DNA of 64,000 nucleotides from an uncultured Bacteroidota bacterium (lineage in GTDB: Bacteria > CLD3 > SB21 > JBBIRG01). Position 1 is the first letter of the stretch. Each line of letters begins with the position of its first letter. The notes beneath the pieces are model-generated. The model made no database searches, was not told where the DNA came from, and saw only the letters and a list, made by a program, of their open reading frames with translations. Positions 59,670-64,000 of the stretch are shown one piece after another. Location of the stretch: the NCBI GenBank assembly GCA_964410965.1, contig CAYPIY010000014.1:10942-74941 (forward strand), given 5' to 3'. Both the position numbers and the translations under genes were made by a program.

Positions 59670-62600
59670 ATGAAAAAAGCTACCCTGCTCGTCATCGCGG
59701 CGATGCTGTTCCTTCACACACGGGTCAGCGCACAAACATCTGAGGGGTATATCCAGAACAACCTCGGGCGCATCGTTGAAGTGGCGACGCCGAACGGTGT
59801 TCTGTCCAGGCCGCATGTTCTGATCGGATGGGACACGAACGGATTCGTGAAACAGGCGAATTCACAGAGCGCCTATAAACTATTCGGAAATACGCCCAGC
59901 AACACCGGATTAAACAATACCGGATTCAACAGTGGCGGCAAATTCGGAGCGCCGTCCGGTCATGATTGCCTCGAGTTCCGGTTCGGCGATTCCAGCCGCT
60001 ACTGGATCGGCAATGACCTCGCCCCGGACAAGGTTCCTTTCAGCGTGTACAACATCGGACCCAGATCATCCGCCTATCCGGTCATAACCGGGGGAGTGAA
60101 ACTGTGCCTTCAGGCGTATGACGATAACGGCAACGGCGTTTTCGATCCGGGAGAAAGAATCAATGTTTACGGTGATCTTGCGATGCCCTTTGACAGCGCT
60201 TATGCAGACCTGGGCCAGTCCGGCACGTTTCCGTTTTCGATCAGCCAGCGCTATATCGTGAGCCTTCGAATCGGGAAGTCATCGGTCCCCTACACCCGGA
60301 CAACATTTACGGACTCCTCGGACGGGATCCTGCCCGGGTCCGGAACCGTGATCCGGTTACTGGCGCAGACGTCGGATACCTCGGCGCCGTTTTTTACGGT
60401 GCGTGAACATATCCTGCAGGATACCGGAACGGTGACGTATCCGGATTTTGTCAGTTATTATTCCTTCGAAAAGCCTCGATTTGAACTGTTCCATGGGCCC
60501 TCGAGAATGACCGTGGACTCGGCGGGGGTTCTCCGCTGGACGGTGTATTCGCACCAGCGGGGCAACGCGTATCCGGTATTGCTGAGATTATCCAATGCGT
60601 ACGGGGATTATGAAAGGCCTTTCACGGCGGCCGTGGACGCCAAAGCGCCTCCCGATACCGGTATCGTGGAATATGAAACGACAGCCGAGGGCAACCTCAT
60701 CCGTTTCTGGCAGAGAAATGACGGGTCGATAGGATATCGGGCCAGTCAAAGCATGTACGGAATGGAATATCCCGCAGGAACACATTATTCTCTTGTTTAC
60801 GCCGGAGGAGTCATGCTGGGTGGAAAGAAAACAGGGTTGAATGGAAATCCAGACACGGTAAATGTTGCACATTGTGAATTTCAATCAGAAATGCAACCCG
60901 GACGAATTGTAAACAGCGGACCATTCGGAAGTTTGCAGTCCGAGGATTATCACAACAACATGACATTTTATACATTACCGGAGAACAGCAGTAATTGGCC
61001 GATTGAAGCGCCTCATAATGGATGGGGACTACCGTTACAGCTTTCGGGCCGGGACACGTGGACGGTTTTTAATGATCTTTCCATTGACAAAGTCATTGAT
61101 GAATATTCTTTATCCCCCGGATTTGGATTAGAAGTACAAAGGCAGACTTTTCAGTTCACTCACTATCCATTTAACAATGCCATGATTGTAAGATATTCAT
61201 TTATCAATAAATCAGACAAAAACTATGATTCCTGTTACGTGAGCTTCTGGGATGATGCGGATGTCGGCGCTAATTCAGGTGATGATTTGGGACAACTTGA
61301 TTCAGCGTTGTCATTGAAAATCACATACAGTAATCCTGCGGGAATCGATATTCATCATAGCGCAGTTGGAGTCCAGATTCTGCAGGGTCCAACGGCAGAT
61401 GGAACCACCGGCGATACAGCTTCAATTGTAACTTTGAGCCGGGAAGGGTTTAAACAACTAATACTTTCAGAAAAAAAGGTACAGTTAGCCACATCGGGGT
61501 ATTTTTATTTTAAATCGATGGAAGAACCGGACGGACGGGGTATGGGTGATATATCCCGGTATAATTTTTTAAGCGGAAAAGACCTGTGGGGAAACCCAAA
61601 ACCTGGCGGCCCATTTTATCCCGGCCTGGCCTCCACATCCCGCAGTGACCAACGAAGCCATATTTCCTCCGGCCCCTTCAACTTCGCTGCCGGCGATACG
61701 CAGGAAATCTGGATGACATACATCGGCGGGATGGGCGTGGATAATGCCTCCGCGGTCGATACCGTACGTGACTATGCGAGAAGAATACTCGACGATTTCA
61801 CGAACAACCGGATCTACTCCGGGGATAATCTTCCTCTGGATATCACTCTCTATGGGCTCAGCACACAGGCCGTCAACCGGATACGGTTCATCGCGCATGT
61901 CAATAAGCCGGTCAGTTCACTGATCGTCAGGGCCGGGAATGATACGCTGATCGTTCAGCCTTTAAAAGAAGGCTACTCCGCCGATTACGACATTACAAAA
62001 ACCGGTACCGCAGAGTTGATCGTGACAGGCAGGGATCTGGGCGGAAAACAGGATACCGTCCGAAGAAATTATCAGATATCAGCGATGAACAAACCTCTGC
62101 AGTCAGGTCCGTACCGGTTCTTGGGACAAGGTGAAGGATATCTATTGGTGTCTCAGATTGAACCGATGGTCGTTCCGTTGGGATGGATCCGGTTGGGAGA
62201 GCCGATGGAAGTATTGAGAACGACGGCCTCGGATGTCAGCGCCGAATACACAATGACTGCAAGAGACATGGATAAGATCAAATCGAAATATCCTGAATTG
62301 AATGAAGAGCATATCGGAATATATTACTGGAACGGGACGAAGTGGGAGGAGACAGGAAGCCGGATTCAGGGAAATACAGTCAAAGGGATCTTAAAAGGAT
62401 CGAGGATCGCGGTATTCTACAATCCTGATATCAATAATGCGCCGGAGAGATTCGCGCTGGAGCCGAATTATCCCAATCCGTTCAATCCATCCACGACGAT
62501 ACGTTATCAGCTGGCGGAGAACAGTAAAGTGACGCTGAAGATCTACAACCTGCTTGGCCAGGAAGTCCGGACATTAGTCAATGCGCAAAAGTCATCCGGC

Positions 62601-62723
62601 ATGCATTCCGTTGTCTGGGAAGGAAAGAACAGCCAGGGCCAGAGAGTCACGTCAGGAGTGTATTTCTACAGGCTGGAAGCGGGTGATTTTGTGAAGACGA
62701 GGAAGATGGTGCTTGTTAAGTAG
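59670..62723 (+). CDS. T9SS-sorted paralog 4 (N-module type c, C-module type beta, extra 215 or so aa insert before the sorting domain), function unknown
   Basis: The start is taken at MKKATLLVIAAMLFLHTRVSAQ (ATG 59670, RBS AAGGAG at 59657). The 59556 start in the ORF track would read through the leader element. It has a T9SS C-terminus. Confidence 0.85.
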   Translation: MKKATLLVIAAMLFLHTRVSAQTSEGYIQNNLGRIVEVATPNGVLSRPHVLIGWDTNGFVKQANSQSAYKLFGNTPSNTGLNNTGFNSGGKFGAPSGHDCLEFRFGDSSRYWIGNDLAPDKVPFSVYNIGPRSSAYPVITGGVKLCLQAYDDNGNGVFDPGERINVYGDLAMPFDSAYADLGQSGTFPFSISQRYIVSLRIGKSSVPYTRTTFTDSSDGILPGSGTVIRLLAQTSDTSAPFFTVREHILQDTGTVTYPDFVSYYSFEKPRFELFHGPSRMTVDSAGVLRWTVYSHQRGNAYPVLLRLSNAYGDYERPFTAAVDAKAPPDTGIVEYETTAEGNLIRFWQRNDGSIGYRASQSMYGMEYPAGTHYSLVYAGGVMLGGKKTGLNGNPDTVNVAHCEFQSEMQPGRIVNSGPFGSLQSEDYHNNMTFYTLPENSSNWPIEAPHNGWGLPLQLSGRDTWTVFNDLSIDKVIDEYSLSPGFGLEVQRQTFQFTHYPFNNAMIVRYSFINKSDKNYDSCYVSFWDDADVGANSGDDLGQLDSALSLKITYSNPAGIDIHHSAVGVQILQGPTADGTTGDTASIVTLSREGFKQLILSEKKVQLATSGYFYFKSMEEPDGRGMGDISRYNFLSGKDLWGNPKPGGPFYPGLASTSRSDQRSHISSGPFNFAAGDTQEIWMTYIGGMGVDNASAVDTVRDYARRILDDFTNNRIYSGDNLPLDITLYGLSTQAVNRIRFIAHVNKPVSSLIVRAGNDTLIVQPLKEGYSADYDITKTGTAELIVTGRDLGGKQDTVRRNYQISAMNKPLQSGPYRFLGQGEGYLLVSQIEPMVVPLGWIRLGEPMEVLRTTASDVSAEYTMTARDMDKIKSKYPELNEEHIGIYYWNGTKWEETGSRIQGNTVKGILKGSRIAVFYNPDINNAPERFALEPNYPNPFNPSTTIRYQLAENSKVTLKIYNLLGQEVRTLVNAQKSSGMHSVVWEGKNSQGQRVTSGVYFYRLEAGDFVKTRKMVLVK

Positions 62724-62766
62724 AAAGTTGAAAGTATGAAAGTTGAAAGTAAAATACAAAAACCAA

Positions 62767-62834
62767 GTCGGTTCGAGCAGGTCGCATGAGGCGGACGTAC
62801 TTGTCCTGAGTGAATCGAAGGATCGAGAACCGAC
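62767..62834 (+). promoter_or_regulatory. conserved structured leader element, copy 5
   Basis: It matches copy 4 but has a fully Watson-Crick outer stem (GTCGGTTC/GAACCGAC). Confidence 0.55.
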
Positions 62835-62853
62835 AGGATTAAGGAGACAGAAC

Positions 62854-64000
62854 ATGAAAAAAGGTACGATGCTCATCATTGCGGCGATGCTGATCCTTCA
62901 CACACAGATCAGCGCACAAACATCTGAGGGGTATATCCAGAACAACCTCGGGCGCATCGTTGAAGTGGCGACGCCGAACGGTGTTCTGTCCAGGCCGCAT
63001 GTTCTGATCGGATGGGACACGAACGGATTCGTGAAACAGGCGAATTCACAGAGCGCCTATAAACTATTCGGAAATACGCCCAGCAACACCGGATTAAACA
63101 ATACCGGATTCAACAGTGGCGGCAAATTCGGAGCGCCGTCCGGTCATGATTGCCTCGAGTTCCGGTTCGGCGATTCCAGCCGCTACTGGATCGGCAATGA
63201 CCTCGCCCCGGACAAGGTTCCTTTCAGCGTGTACAACATCGGACCCAGATCATCCGCCTATCCGGTCATAACCGGGGGAGTGAAACTGTGCCTTCAGGCG
63301 TATGACGATAACGGCAACGGCGTTTTCGATCCGGGAGAAAGAATCAATGTTTACGGTGATCTTGCGATGCCCTTTGACAGCGCTTATGCAGACCTGGGCC
63401 AGTCCGGCACGTTTCCGTTTTCGATCAGCCAGCGCTATATCGTGAGCCTTCGAATCGGGAAGTCATCGGTCCCCTACACCCGGACAACATTTACGGACTC
63501 CTCGGACGGGATCCTGCCCGGGTCCGGAACCGTGATCCGGTTACTGGCGCAGACGTCGGATACCTCGGCGCCGTTTTTTACGGTGCGTGAACATATCCTG
63601 CAGGATACCGGAACGGTGACGTATCCGGATTTTGTCAGTTATTATTCCTTCGAAAAGCCTCGATTTGAACTGTTCCATGGGCCCTCGAGAATGACCGTGG
63701 ACTCGGCGGGGGTTCTCCGCTGGACGGTGTATTCGCACCAGCGGGGCAACGCGTATCCGGTATTGCTGAGATTATCCAATGCGTACGGGGATTATGAAAG
63801 GCCTTTCACGGCGGCCGTGGCCGCCAAAGCGCCTCCCGATACCGGTATCGTGGAATATGAAACGACAGCCGATGGCAACCTCATCCGTTTCTGGCAGAGA
63901 AATGACGGATCGATCGGATACCGGGCCAGTCAAAGCATGTTCGGAATGGAATATCCGATCGGTTCAAATTATTCTATTATTTACGCCGGAGGATTTCAAT
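62854..64000 (+). CDS. T9SS-family paralog 5, partial (runs off the window end); N-module type c
   Basis: ATG 62854 follows the RBS AAGGAG, with signal peptide MKKGTMLIIAAMLILHTQISAQ. Positions 62909..63820 are identical to 59725..60636 in paralog 4, after which the sequences diverge. Confidence 0.8.
   Translation, partial: MKKGTMLIIAAMLILHTQISAQTSEGYIQNNLGRIVEVATPNGVLSRPHVLIGWDTNGFVKQANSQSAYKLFGNTPSNTGLNNTGFNSGGKFGAPSGHDCLEFRFGDSSRYWIGNDLAPDKVPFSVYNIGPRSSAYPVITGGVKLCLQAYDDNGNGVFDPGERINVYGDLAMPFDSAYADLGQSGTFPFSISQRYIVSLRIGKSSVPYTRTTFTDSSDGILPGSGTVIRLLAQTSDTSAPFFTVREHILQDTGTVTYPDFVSYYSFEKPRFELFHGPSRMTVDSAGVLRWTVYSHQRGNAYPVLLRLSNAYGDYERPFTAAVAAKAPPDTGIVEYETTADGNLIRFWQRNDGSIGYRASQSMFGMEYPIGSNYSIIYAGGFQ

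Noticed and set aside
51606-62834. The five repeated leader elements spaced 2.6-3.2 kb apart could have been a CRISPR-like or other repeat-spacer array.
   Set aside because: The spacing is gene-sized and each interval is a full protein-coding gene. The repeats are 45-68 nt, imperfect and different in length. No cas genes are present.

Overview
This 64 kb window comes from a roughly 50% G+C bacterium. It is probably an uncultivated member of the FCB group (Ignavibacteria, Bacteroidota or a similar lineage). I infer this from several secreted proteins that end in the type IX secretion (T9SS) C-terminal sorting domain (NYPNPFNP.TTIRY...G.Y.YRL.AG....K..L.K).

Most of the window, 1-51000, is housekeeping. 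It carries an ECF sigma/anti-sigma pair, thiL, an M24 peptidase, greA, an S8 protease, rlmN, dsbD, rny-zapA-pheT, DUF1015-serA-serC, a Fur/PerR-bfr-catalase operon and dus. It also carries mazG, tmk, a CNNM/CorC-type gene next to corA, purL, a gamma carbonic anhydrase, an NhaD-type antiporter and a UbiA prenyltransferase. I recognised no rRNA, tRNA, CRISPR array, transposase or integrase.

Three regions stand out:
- **Low-GC LRR island (about 12740-15700).** It encodes two secreted proteins with irregular leucine-rich-repeat (LRR)-like sequence.
- **Repeat-bounded segment (24571-29493).** This 4.9 kb lower-GC segment is bounded by a duplicated 55 bp terminator module. It holds a decayed T9SS gene and a 1322 aa beta-helix T9SS protein.
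- **Tandem T9SS array (51606 to the window end).** This is the most interesting region. It has five mosaic T9SS cargo paralogs of unknown function. Each is preceded by a conserved, apparently structured leader of 45-68 nt with a nearly invariant 8 bp closing stem. The array also shows shuffled N- and C-terminal modules, a 912 bp perfectly identical tract between copies 4 and 5, and a frameshift that detaches the sorting domain of copy 3. An A20 homopolymer in a 550 bp ORF-free AT-rich region lies just upstream.

A short purine-rich tandem octamer motif recurs downstream of many genes.
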